This document shows positions 24,777 to 37,023 of a DNA stretch of 64,000 nt, piece after piece. The first letter of the stretch is position 1. Each line of letters starts with the position of its first letter. Source of the stretch: Marsupella aquatica (Eukaryota; Plantae; Marchantiophyta); the NCBI GenBank assembly GCA_973895155.1, contig OZ316893.1, positions 10,235,660 to 10,299,659 of the forward strand, given 5' to 3'. A model generated the notes under the pieces. The model was not told where the DNA came from and made no database searches. It worked only from the letters and a program-made list of their open reading frames with translations. The position numbers and the translations under genes are program-made.

Positions 24777-25755
24777 GAAACAGGATCCCAAAGGCAAACA
24801 AACGCAAGAAAGGGGCAGAGCAACGAAAAACAGGGAGAACCACAGATCCCACAAATAGGATCAACAATGATCACATTGCAGCAGCTCACCCTCTCTCTGA
24901 CATGAGACCAGATCCCTCTTGTTGTTGGTCTGAAACACCATCCTGGCCAAGGAAAAGCACACGGAGCTGCTCCATTATGAATTGTAACTAGAGTCCTAGG
25001 TTATGGCATCACCACATCCTGGATGCCATCATGTGTTGCAGTCCTCACTCTTGTGATTGCATTTAGGATATGGATTCCTTTTGGAGAGACAATGTCGCCC
25101 CACAAACACAAGTGGGTTGGCCGGAGAGACAAGGGTGTGGTAGACTGAACTGAGGGTGAAAGGAAGTGGTAAAATGAAGGGTAGACACTCCTCATGCTTT
25201 GCTTTGCTTACAATAGAAATTTGCGGGTAGTGCACATCTTTGAATTTGATACCACTAAATTTGACAGCTCACCACAACACTCTAGTACTCTGTGTTTGTT
25301 TCCCAAGAAAACAAAAATATAATAATAATATCATGACTCAAAGTATTGTTATGCTGACTATATGTGACTATATATATAACCAAAGGTAGGTCGAAGATCC
25401 TTGAGGCAAGAGATACTATAAAGAGAAGGCCACGATGAAAACCTATCCCAGAGGCAAGAGACCCTATTAAAGAAGGCCATAAAGAAAAACAAATCCCAGG
25501 CAAGAGACCCAATTAGGGTGTCTCAAAGCTTCAAGGTTGCAGATGATGACTTTTGACCATAAAGAAATGACTATAACTTTCTGACAGGGGTTGTGTAAAA
25601 GGTTTTTGGGGGCTTTTTTCCACTAGCCTCTATAGTAATCTTTATTGCAAAAAGTTGTGAACTATGAATTTGGTAATCCATAACTTTTCCTGTCCCTAGC
25701 CTTTTAACTAGTACTTAGTTAGGGTCCATAAAATTTGACACTTAAGATACCCCAA

Positions 25756-26094
25756 TAGGGCGTCTCAAATATGTGAATTTTGGCAAGTGGAACTACGCCC
25801 GAGACTGTCCCATGTCGGGCCCCAAATGTCGCGCCTGACTAGTCACGTCCGGGATTTAGTGACCAATAGGGAGGGCCGGCAAAAACATGCGGCCTACCTC
25901 GCAACTCTGTGCTTTGTCCCCGAAGGTCAAAGGTCGAGGGTAAGGCTTATGAGTGTCCAAAGCAAGCGCTGCGACCCCATTCAATGTTGACCACCCCCGA
26001 AGAAAACTGCTCGGGAGTACCCACTTTCGGTGCACCCAAGGGCTTCACAGGCCACCCGGGAGGTCATTTTGTTTTCCATATTCGAGACGCCCTA
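25756..26094. mobile_element. Small MITE with 18-bp TIR; a more decayed related copy probably lies directly upstream (about 25514-25753)
   Basis: TAGGGCGTCTCAAATATG ... CATATTCGAGACGCCCTA (1 mismatch). Upstream TAGGGTGTCTCAA ... TTAAGATACCCC. Superfamily and target-site duplication not resolved. Confidence 0.6.
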
Positions 26095-28129
26095 ATAAAA
26101 GGAAGGCAGCAACGAAAACCCCAAGAGGACCAAATTTCCACCAAATTGTCTCTCGAGACAGTAAAATAATAATGAAACGAAAGATGTATGACGACTGACG
26201 AAGAAGACCGGAAGACTCCTGACTCGGCGCTCTTCCGCCACTTGGACCTCTCAAAACTTGCCACTCACTCATCTCTCCCTCTCCCTCGCAGCCACACCGC
26301 ACCGCCCACCAGTCCATCCACTACTAAACTACAGTACTACTTACTGCTACTCTTCCCCTCGATGCTTCTCGTCCGAGCCTAATCATTCTAGCCCCGAATC
26401 ATTCTCCTCTGCCCTCCTGTCAGCTCATGACATCTTCCGATCTTCGTCAGCTGCGCAGCAATTTCCTGTGCTCCCAGAGCTCCTCTCCTAGTCTCCTGGC
26501 AGGTACCGGCGTTGTGGGCGCGGGGGTGGAAAAAGGAGGCGCACCGCAGCGACGTCAATTGTGTCGTGAAGGGGGGTCCAAGAATTCCGCACGTATGGAT
26601 TGGAAGCTTGGAGCGTGGCGGGGAACTTGGTCGTGAATGAGGAGGTGCAACGGCAGGAAGAGTGTTTAATTCTCCAATTCGTGGGGGGAGGGGCGGGGGA
26701 GGGGCGAGGGAGGGCAATAATAAGCGCAACGGTTGCCCGGTGAGCTTGTTTTGGCCGATTTTGGCCAACGGCTGGGCGATCGGGGGGAAGCTGGAGCAAG
26801 AGCGCAGCAAAGTTTTGCTGCAGGGACGGACTGAGGTGTTGTGGCTAATTTTGGCCGGCCGCAGGGAGATCGGGGAAGCCGGAGCTAGAGAGTAATTTTG
26901 GTCACCAACAACAGAAGCAGAAGCAGGGATCGGGCACGAGTGAGAAGAACGCAGTCGGCCTGTTGTCTTGAGCTGCTTGTCGATCAATCCCTTTCCGTTC
27001 CGTTGGCAGCTTAGCTTGGAGAGGACCTTTTGCGAAGTTGGAACGAACGAGAGTAGTCTTGGGCAGGCCACCGAGCTGTGTGCCAGGTTTTCTCTGCCTG
27101 CTTTCGTGCTCGCCTGGACTTTGAACCTTTCTTTTATACACACCGACTGGTTACTTGCTCTCGAAGTTTGTTGAAAGCAACGCAGTTTGCTGTCAGCTCG
27201 TGTTAGCACGTGGAACGTGTGTGCGCTGCTGTGGGATCTTTCTTCTTCTTCTTCTTCTTCTTTACTACCGCACCAGTATTGTGCTCGGGTTTTTCCGTCA
27301 TCAACCTAGCTCTGTCGTGGCTTCGGAATCGCAAGCTTGTTGGCGTGGCCTCGTTAGTGTGCCGCTCGGCACGGAAGACCGTTCACGTTACTCTGTGAAT
27401 TCTGCTATCCGATATCCTTCTCCGAGCTTCTCTTTCCCTTTTCTGCTTCAACTGATTGCAGAGAATTCCATTCCATGAAAGAGCGCACATCGCGGGAGGG
27501 GCCCCGAATAGGAGCGAGGAGCGACAGTCGAAGAGGACCGAAGCTTTTTGGCGTCTCCCATCAGCAGGGAATCGGTTTCTTCTTCAGTTTGCGGACACGA
27601 GAACCCAAAGGTAAGAGTGAGTGGGGAACTCATATGGATGCAAAGGCCTCGTAGATACCGTCTTGAGTTGCAAATCTCAGAGTGGTTCGAAAGCACGAGA
27701 CAGATGTGGTAGAAATCGCTTTTTAGTTTGTGCGGCGCTTTCCGAAGAGTTGCAGTCTCCAGAGTCAGTGTCAGAGTCAGGGACATAACGTGTAAGTACG
27801 GTAAGGTAGGATATGGTCAGGGAATCGCCCAGCGCGTAGATTTGCAGACTAAAGAACAGGTTTGAGACTGCTGTGAGAAAATCCATCTGCACTTCAGGGA
27901 ACTCACACGGGCTCTGCAGGCAGGTCACACAAAAGCGGACTGTAAGCTACAGAGGTTTTGCATTTAGCAACTGGACTGGGACTCGAGCGAAAGAAAAGAA
28001 CCGCGGTGCTATAGTCTCATCTTCTGAGCAACTTGGTTCCGGCACAGTCTGTCAGGCATCAGGATTTCATCAGGTGAGAAAATGCGCTATAGGTGACCCC
28101 GTGGGGAGCAGACAGTGTAGAGTGTTTAT

Positions 28130-29512
28130 ATGGCCTCGGAGATGAGCAGAAGACTGCGCAATAGTGGGAACGAGGCATATGCAGAAGGCTGCGCGGAGTA
28201 CCTGGCACCAGTATTGAGAAGTGGGCGATTGTTGAAAGCAAGTAAGTTTTACAGGCAAGCGTTAGATGCAAGCAGAACTGAGGATGAGCGAGCAAAATGT
28301 AGAAAGAATCTTGGTGCCGTTCACTGGAAGCATGCCAAGCTCTTCCTGGAGCTGTATCCTGACGGGAAGGGGTCCCCACTCCCGGACCGACCCCCAACTT
28401 TTGATATCGAATTGAGCATCGAGCACTACCTCGCTGCCCTCCGCCATGGTAGAGCCAATCAGAGCGCCGAGTGGAGAGAGAATATCAAGAAGAAAATGGA
28501 GGAAATGTCCAGATACCTGGTTGATGAAGGCGATTGGGTCCTTTCCAAAGCTGAGTTTGTCACAAATGTGAACAGGTTGTTTGGGGCTGAAGTGTCTTCG
28601 GGTGGAAAATGTCAAGCGTGGGCAATTTTGTCTTTGGGTTTCGCACAGAATACTTTCGACACAGCTGTCAAAGAGCTGAGATTGAAAGATGCGAATGGGG
28701 CCAAAAAGAATTATATACAGTCTCTAGCTCTCCTACACTCGTGTTACGGTCCCATTGAGGAAGCAGAGAGACGTGCCAGACCCGAGTTTCTGGAAGAAAT
28801 CAGGACTCTGAAAACATCTGTGGACAATTGTCGGTCAACTTGTGAGTCCATTCAAGCGAATGTGGCTGGACAGAAGCACATGGAAGAGTCTATGAAGACA
28901 AGTGATAGAGCTGTGCGCCACGATTTAGTGATCTCTGCCCTGGACAAGTTCAAAGAGGCGGCTGTGCTTGCTAGAGGAGTGGATGCTGAATGCGAAGCTG
29001 AAGCCATGGCTCAAGTAGGAGACGTGTACAAGGAAGTATTCAAGAAGGATCAACAGGCTCATCCGTATTACAATGTTGCTGTTCTTCTGGCCCAGAACTC
29101 TGATGCCATGCTCTCAGCAAAGTGGTACCACAGAGCTAAAGTCGCTCTCAACCTATTTTTTAAGAAGAGCCAGGAAGCTAAAGCTCGTCAAGAGGACGAA
29201 GAGTCTGAAGTACTTGGACAAGTAAAGAAGGAAGTCGAGAAGCTCGAAACGGAGTTTAAGAAACTGAAAACAGAAGAGTTTCTAACGTATTTGTATCAAG
29301 AGTATCCTCCAAAAGGAAACCATGGGAGCTATCGTCTTGGAGAACTGAGCAGTGGAGCCGCTACTCGGCATGCTTTGAGGAAGGCAATTCAACACTACCA
29401 TCCCGACCACAATGCAGGTGAGGATGATCCGCAGTGGATTATAATGTGTGGAGAGATTACGAAACTACTCTTAGAAAAGCACCGTGTGTTTAGCAGCGAT
29501 GGTCGATCGTGA
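28130..29512 (+). CDS. Intronless 460-aa all-helical TPR-like protein with C-terminal J-domain-like (HPD) module
   Basis: Uninterrupted 460-codon ORF. TPR-like segments (RNSGNEAY...ASKFYRQAL...KCRKNLGAVHW; EAEAMAQVGDVYKEVFKKDQQAHPYY). C-terminal LRKAIQHYHPDHN...CGEITKLL. Likely 5'-UTR intron 27611-28120 (AAG|GTAAGA ... TGTAG|). Confidence 0.8.
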   Translation: MASEMSRRLRNSGNEAYAEGCAEYLAPVLRSGRLLKASKFYRQALDASRTEDERAKCRKNLGAVHWKHAKLFLELYPDGKGSPLPDRPPTFDIELSIEHYLAALRHGRANQSAEWRENIKKKMEEMSRYLVDEGDWVLSKAEFVTNVNRLFGAEVSSGGKCQAWAILSLGFAQNTFDTAVKELRLKDANGAKKNYIQSLALLHSCYGPIEEAERRARPEFLEEIRTLKTSVDNCRSTCESIQANVAGQKHMEESMKTSDRAVRHDLVISALDKFKEAAVLARGVDAECEAEAMAQVGDVYKEVFKKDQQAHPYYNVAVLLAQNSDAMLSAKWYHRAKVALNLFFKKSQEAKARQEDEESEVLGQVKKEVEKLETEFKKLKTEEFLTYLYQEYPPKGNHGSYRLGELSSGAATRHALRKAIQHYHPDHNAGEDDPQWIIMCGEITKLLLEKHRVFSSDGRS

Positions 29513-32500
29513 GTCGGGATCTGCAAGTACTTCCCACAAGCAAGATAGGTCATCTTCAAAACTTTTGTTCGTTCCTTCTTCGTCAATCAATATTCCCGGA
29601 CTTCAATGTTTGCCTAAGAAGATTGTGGGGAGTCGAGACCCTCGAAAGACCACCTATCTACCCAATTAGATTTATAGATACAGTAGATGTAGGTTTGAAC
29701 GATTTTCTTCGGAACTTGTTTGCCGTAATGGAAGCCGTGCTCTTCTCTGGTTGGGCACCACAACTCGTCCGGATAGTTATGGCTTCTGCTTGTGAGGGTA
29801 AGGATTCCAACGGATTGTAAGATGGTGGAGGTGTAATTATTACAGGGATAGAAACCCTGTCCACGGACTCATTCAAATCACTAGATAATTCGACATTTGA
29901 CTTGTCTTCTTGACAACTTGTTAATTCTTAACGACAATAGTTTTTCTTACGACGGTCTACTAGGACTCGAATGGGTGCACAACCCCAACATGCTGAATGC
30001 TGATATTGTGACTTTTTTTGAAGTAGTTCCTTGGTTTCAATTTAGGTGGTGGAGGTCGTGGTGTATAACAGTGTGTACTGACCCATTCAATTGATAGTGT
30101 ACTCCCCATTCGATCCATCTTCCTTAGCGTAACGGAAATTGACATAAATGTTGAGTATATCCTGGAAAAATGACAGAAGTCAGATCGCAACATCTTGACC
30201 TATTGTCGATTCGTGATTATGATGTCATCCTTGTTCAGCGTCTAAGCTAGGCTTTAATATTAGTTCCAGTTCGAACGCAGAGTGAATGAGACTATGCAGT
30301 CCGGGTACATAAGATTCCATATACTGTACAATGAAGAAGACTGTACCCTTCCTGTTACTGATAGCACGTTCCTGGCTCTTATCTGTACTTCGTCTGCTGG
30401 AGTTGCTGCCCCCTTGTCTGACTCTTTTGATTGGCTCTGGGAAGTGCATAATCATTTCTATTGGTGGCCTCATTGGCTTGGTTTAAACAAGACTTTGATT
30501 CATTTCTGGTTCCCTAATTTTGCTTCTGTGTTTGCCACACTTTGTTCAACCTCACGTCAAGGACATTGTTTTGTACGTAAGGTTGAAGAAACGCTTGGCC
30601 TCTGCGCTAGGCACTCACCAAGACGTTTCATAATTTCTCTCCGAAGGCGTTTCTTACCATGGCTTGCTTTAGGGACTAGCATCCAAATCTTGTCGGGTTG
30701 GCGTTGCCTTTGTTAGAGGATTTCACTGACTAATGGATTCTCTTGATGTTTGATGTTCTCTAGTGTTTTGGTGTTGTCTAGTGTGGACTTCTTGTGTCTT
30801 TTCGCACGCTTACAACTCTTTAATTAAAATATACTCAGAAGGTTGGAAAGCAGTTCCAGCTTACGTATCTTCCATTTTCGATCAGTTCCAGCGCATGCTA
30901 TCTTCCATTTTGGATGATTGGAGTTGTCCAGTGAAACCCAGAATCTGAAAGTTAGTGACTGCGTAGCAATTTACATGAAGCGGAGGGCAGGATGTGATAC
31001 ACTCTTAAAGAAAGGATATGGGATTCGGTGCTACATTAGTCCTAGGCGAGTAAATAAAGGAGTGTTCAGAGTAGATTTCGGTGTGCAAATTGTTCTTCAG
31101 CTTAATATGCCTAGATTCCCGTGCCAAGCTGTAGACTTACATTCTTCTTCAGCTTATGCCTAGGTTCCCATGTCAAGGTGGAGACGTACAGTACTCAGAG
31201 AGAACAAATTGAAGGTTGAAATCTATCAACCGGGGTTCTGACTTTGCCTTTAGGATCTAGAATTAAATTCAGGTATGTCACAGTAGAATCATGGTTGACT
31301 TGACAGGGGGAAGCTGCTTGAGGTTCGAGAATGTGCTGTCGAGTTTTAGCTCAGGAACCGGGTTCAGGTTCGAGAATGTGTCGTGCTGAATTTTAGAACA
31401 AATCTTGACGTTGGAGAGTGTTTTCTAGGAGCCTTATAGGGTGGAGATCCAGGCTGTACAAGGTAGGTATGCAACAAAGGTCGTGACCATGAGCAGCTTG
31501 GGAGTGTTGTATAGAAGTCCCCATCTTGTATATGCAGCAAAGGAAGCGCTGAGGAGCTTGTTGGGAGGTCTGTATAAAATTCCCTCCACTTGTCAATTAA
31601 CCAGAGTAACCTGTCTCTGGCACTTCTAGTAGTAAGGCTCAGACCTCGTCAAACTCAAAAAACCTCGTCTCCGACTTGTCAATTGTAAATTTCTGCCATA
31701 ATCCACCTACTGTCTGTAGTCCTGGCACTTGTGTATGCAACAGAGGCCGTGTTTGGTGGAGACATCCCCAAGTAAGCTGAATCTGGCATTTGTAGTGTCT
31801 AGCCCCGACTATCCGGACTCTGGCATTTATAGTGACTAGCCCTGGCTAGTGACTACCCTTTCACATTCTCTGGCATTTATTTTATAGTGACGGACTCTGA
31901 CCTTTATAGTGAAGAGCCCTGACTGGCTAGATGACAATGAAAATGTGGCTTTGAAAGTTAATTAATGAAATGATAAAAAAAAATATGGGAAGGTTAATGG
32001 AATGATAAAAAAAACTGTCTTGCATGTCATCATTTTAACAATCATATATATATCATACTCTTTCCTATCCATGTCATCATTTTAACAATTATATATAAGA
32101 CATTTTTTCCTATGCAAATCTTTCTTTCCATGTACATATATTATGGGGCCCAAGAGTCAAGGTCTAGGCTTCTAGCTTTATAAATAAGATTAGCCTTTGG
32201 GTGGCTTTACAAGACCTTGTGGGCATTTTGAGTGTGTTTTTTTTTGTCTCCAAAGCTAATCTAACTGGTTCACATCCTAAACATAGTGGACAGGGGCCAA
32301 AGGATACTTTGAACTAGTTTCATGGCCAGTAATGTCTCGTGAGGCAAACTGCAGCAAATGGTGCTAAAATAATTTGCTAGGAGACAAGTTGGGGAGCCAC
32401 TTCACCTAAAAGTTAAAGATATGTTTGACATTAATCAAGTGCATAGAGTCAGGATGGCTTTACAAGATTTTGGGGTCCACTGCTTATTTTTTTTCAATTT

Positions 32501-35500
32501 CCCAGTGGTCCATATTAAAGGTCAAAAGGAATAAAAAGAAGCAACCATCTGCACTTATGTAGTTGGCTTGAAGAGAACTCAGGGCCCCCATTAGAGTATG
32601 GTGTCTATGGATCGTACATGGCAACTAGTGGGCCTAACTAAGGAATGCTTATATGCTGTGCTGGTTTTGTCTAGAATTTAAACCATGTCCATAGGTGGTC
32701 CATTCCAAGCTTTGTCTTCAATATCCATTCTGTCAAGGGATTTGCATTTACTGAACCTTCATTTCAAAAGGTATTTGGGCTGGACCTTCACTTCAAAAGG
32801 TATTCCAGTCCCCCCCACTCCCCCCCCCCCCCACCCCGTGTCTTCTAATGCCCTCAATCCACTGCTGTTGTTAAGCTTGGAAGGTATTAAAGCACTTCCC
32901 AAGTAAGCTACAAAGTATAAACATTTGAAAAGTAGACCAATTAGAGATGCCTAAATTAACAATCTAACAGAAACAGCTGCTAAGTCTCTGGAGTTGTTGT
33001 CTGATCAACAGAAACTAATCAATAAATCACCCAGTGAGCTTTCCAAGGAAACCAACACAGACCCCATGCCAGTCTCTTGCAAATTCCTGGCATGTGGTTT
33101 TGCCATAAACATGAATAATGATATTTGTGGTGACAAACAAACATGGTCATTTGTTGCAATGTTGGCAAAATTGGTTAGACTCGAGAATGGTAAGGTTCAT
33201 TGGAGCCCGCCAGTGTGTGAGTATCCTGAGCTTCCTGTCAAAGAAACCTATCAAACTTGGATGATAAAGTGTCAAATATATCAATAGTAAAGGGGAGGAA
33301 GTGGACAACAGCAAGGGCATTGTCCCTCATCATTCCTCAATAAAAAAATAATTAAGTCTTGATCTGTTGCCCTTGAATGGATATTTTTATGAGAGAATGA
33401 CACCCGAACAAGTAAGGGGCAGCCCACCGACAATATTGATGGCCAGGGAATAGATCTGTTAGAATAATCCAGGGGCAAGGAGCTCCATCAAAAGAGCAGG
33501 AATTCACTTGTGGACTAGCCCCACCAAATCTGTGGCCTTGTTGTCTCTGGCGGTTTCTCTTCCCCTTCCCTCCCAGAAAAGTAAAAGCACTACCGAGGTA
33601 TTCTTCTGAATGAATCACATTCTTGACATATTTACAGCAATTATTGTGAAGACCACCATTACACATTTACAAGGGACATTTACCCTTGGGGGTTAACATT
33701 TTGTAGCAAGCGTTTGAATTGAGAGAGCCCATTAACAAAAGCCAATATTAGTTAAACTTTGAGATCATGGGGGGACAAAAGTGTGTATACATCTAAGGGG
33801 TTTGTCCTACTTTTAATCTAAGGAAGTTGTCCATAACAGGTTTAGGTCTAGCTAGGTAGTCCACCTATAAATTTGTCAATGTGATAGAGCTCTGGAAACT
33901 CTGATGATCTGGACACAAGTGTGGTTATACAAGCTTGCCCTAAGACATTAAAGCTTGCCTGGAGAGCCCAACCATTTGACTCCTTTGAGACACAGTTGGG
34001 AAAGGACACTGTGCAATTATGAATGTACGTAGTCGCTAAATCCATAATTTTCCACAGCAGTTTTTTGCTGAGCGTCCATAGTCACGAATGCAAATATCAA
34101 ACTTTGTGTAATTTGGCACAAAAGCTGCTCAAGAGAATACCCCAAAGAGTACTCAACAAATTCATCTACACCAAGTTATCAACAACTGTGGAGCATCAGT
34201 GCCAGACATCAGTCAACTGCCAATATAGCTCCAGGCCCATTCTAAGACAGATATTTTAACTTATTGAGAGTTAGGATCATTCTAAAAATGCAGTATGATA
34301 ACTAGATGTATCAATAGTTTAATACAGAACAAAGTTAAAGAATATCACCCTGAGTCAGTTCTCCTGCTTAACGTGGGCTGACAGAAGTTCAGTGATCAAT
34401 AAATACTTCTTTAAGTGTAAGTTTGAGGGGTCAATCACTTTGTTGTACAGTTAAGCTGAAATTGTTTATATAGTATATAACACAAACTGTTTATAATTAA
34501 TAGCACACTTTAATCCAGTTTTATATCCATTTTGACATGCAAACTTGGTAGCGTAGCGATGCTTGCTGTTCCTTGCGGCAAGAGCTCCCAAGATCAAACA
34601 TCTACCTGGTCAAATGAATGTTATTTAGTTTGGGGCAAGGAGCTCCCAAGGTCCAACATCTATCTTGTCAGCTGAATGTTATTTCGAAAAGAAAGAACTG
34701 AATGCCCCCCTTTAAAGTGCAATTCAGGGACCAAAGCTTGGGGCTGCTTACGCTTGATACAAAATCCAATTGGTCAAATTCCAAAAATTAAAAACTGAAA
34801 TAGGTTAGAAAACAAAGAGAAGAACCCTACTTCTTGGATTAGTCACCTAGCCATCGACCCCGTTACTCAGAATCCGATAATCACCCTTGAATCTACTTTA
34901 GATCAATCTAGAGAGCCAAAAAAACTAATCTAGGAAAATGAAATGAGGAATAAGCTTTAAATCTTGTCCTCCACTCAAGATCAGAAGATGACACTGGCCA
35001 CCTGGCCATAAAACCGTAACTTCCCCAGTCCCCTTGGGGCCAAGCTGGAGAAAGGGTTAGCCGGTTAGGTCCATCACCTAGAAGCTAAAGGAATAACTAT
35101 TAAGGCCATTGGGACCTGCTGGCATGCTCCCTTCCTCATCAATTCAGGTCTAGGCCCTTCTGGCAAACTCATTGTGTGGGTCGCTGCTGGCCCCCACCTG
35201 TGGACTCTATCATTCAACACAACAACTCTGGTCCCATAATTGGGGAACTGCAGACTTTAGTTGGGCCCTCCATCCCTGTGGCACCATCACTGGCCTAAAA
35301 AACATTTGCACCAAAATCACGCACTATAGGTTGGAAACAAGTCATTTGCACGTTCCGGGTGCTCACCCAGAGGTTCTCTACTTTGAAAATGATAAAATTG
35401 CTGGTGTTTGGGTCCACACTAGTGTTTCTTTTGTATATTTGTTTTTGCCTCGAAATCTAAAATAGACTCATCCAACAAAGGATAGGCTATTAACTTGGAG

Positions 35501-36062
35501 CATGGGACTCTTCAGGGTAACCAGAAGGGGACTATACCCAGGGGACCCAAACCAGGAGTGGGAGAGAATTGAATCAGGGCCCTAGAGCTGACCAGTCAGA
35601 TGGTGAAGAACGGAACCAGTACTCCCACCACTACACCCGATCCACCCAATTGAACCTGGGACCTCTTGGTTCTAGGCTGCCAACTGACCTAAGCTAGTTG
35701 CTTTGCACAATTGCTAGTAGGTGAAGGGGCTAGAAAATTATACAAATATTGTAAGCCCTATTGTAGGTTTTATAAAATTTAGTCACTCATTAACTTAGCC
35801 AAAATCAACTTTATATATACATAAGGGTCAATGTGACTCTACAAGTCAAGGACAATGTTTTTTGCTAATCTGAGAGTCCTCAACTACAGTAGTCATAAGT
35901 GCCACCTACCCAAGTACAAGAGAAAACACTGGTCCCCACCTAGGATACCTTGATTTCATAAACAAGGTGGATTCTTGGATGAACCATTGTTATCTCATTC
36001 GGGTCCTCAGGTCAACTACGCTACTGCCATCCACTTAGCACAAGACCTGCTATAAATATTAA

Positions 36063-36350
36063 CTATCGCCAATTACCTGTTCTTTGCCGGTTCAATCTTT
36101 GAACGTGAGTAGAGGAGATTAAAATAAAATGTAACAAAATATATATTTTCTATTTTCATTCTTGTAATATATTAATGAAAAAAAACATGCATTCATGTAT
36201 ATGGACATCTTCTTTACATGCACATAGAGTTTGGTGGGGCCCTGGAGTCACTATCCGGAGGCTTCACTCTAGAAGGGTACACCTTTACTCTAGCTTGCCC
36301 TTGGCGCTTTATAAGTAAAAGCAAGATTGCATTTTATCTCAGTAACTATC
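36063..36350 (-). mobile_element. Second, more decayed copy of the Helitron-like repeat
   Basis: Reverse complement ends CACGTTCAAAGA...ACAGGTAATTGGCGATAG|T, aligning to 18129-18159; internal similarity to about 17780-18120. Confidence 0.45.
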
Positions 36351-36695
36351 ATAATGCCTAAATATTATTCTCCTGTTTGTAATTTTTAAATTAGTGACAT
36401 ACACATTGAAATGTTTTATTATTGCCCACACTGTTCTGAAGAGAGGACTGTAATACACTTTTAACGCTGAATATCTATGCTTTAATTTGTACAAATTTTA
36501 ATTAAAAGCATCCCAGCCTGGAGAATCTTCCTAAGAGGTGATCCAAATCTTGATTGGACATTCTTCTTCAAGAATAGGGAAAGTCACAAAGGCCATTAAG
36601 TTTGAAAAATGATCTCCATGGCAAAAATCAGCAGGTTGTCTATAACAAGTTACTCTCTTCTCAGAAGTAGATTTGGTTGTATCTGGGGTCAAATT

Positions 36696-37023
36696 TGTGG
36701 GGAGAAATCAGATCAGGAAATACACTCCAAACATACACGTGCTCAATAGTTACGTGGTTCGCCTCAAGGTTGGCTACGTCCACGGGAAGACCAAACTTTA
36801 TTAACGGTTATGTGGCTACTCAAGCATCACCATAGCTCCCATCTCTTCAAGCTCTCATCTCTTGCTGTATCATTGTGTTCTCTCTTGAGAACTCTCTTGT
36901 GTGTTTTCTCACCACATAGAAGTTGAAGAGATAAGGACCAATCTCTTCAACTAGGGTTTACTCTAACCCTAGTTAATATACTAGCTAATCATAGTTCAAC
37001 CCAAGACTGAGTTAACCTCTACA
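36696..37023 (-). mobile_element. Solo LTR (328 bp) of a different copia (Tork-like) family
   Basis: TGTGGGGAG...CCTCTACA flanked by perfect 5-bp duplication AAATT (36691-36695 and 37024-37028). Contains TACGTGGTTCGCC...GGCTACGTCCACGGG, shared with the full-length copia LTRs. No primer-binding site or polypurine tract adjacent. Confidence 0.85.

Noticed and set aside
26388-27209. 273-aa minus-strand ORF
   Set aside because: Pro/Ser/Arg-rich with no domain; expected in GC-rich leader sequence lacking stops.
29600-31200. Possible antisense gene downstream of the TPR-J gene
   Set aside because: All frames are interrupted and no domain was recognised.
33130-34260. Minus-strand fragments FLPFTIDIFDTLSSKFDRFL and ICLRMGL resembling the endonuclease region of CRE-type non-LTR retrotransposons
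   Set aside because: Too short and interrupted to support a call; needs tBLASTn or HMM confirmation.
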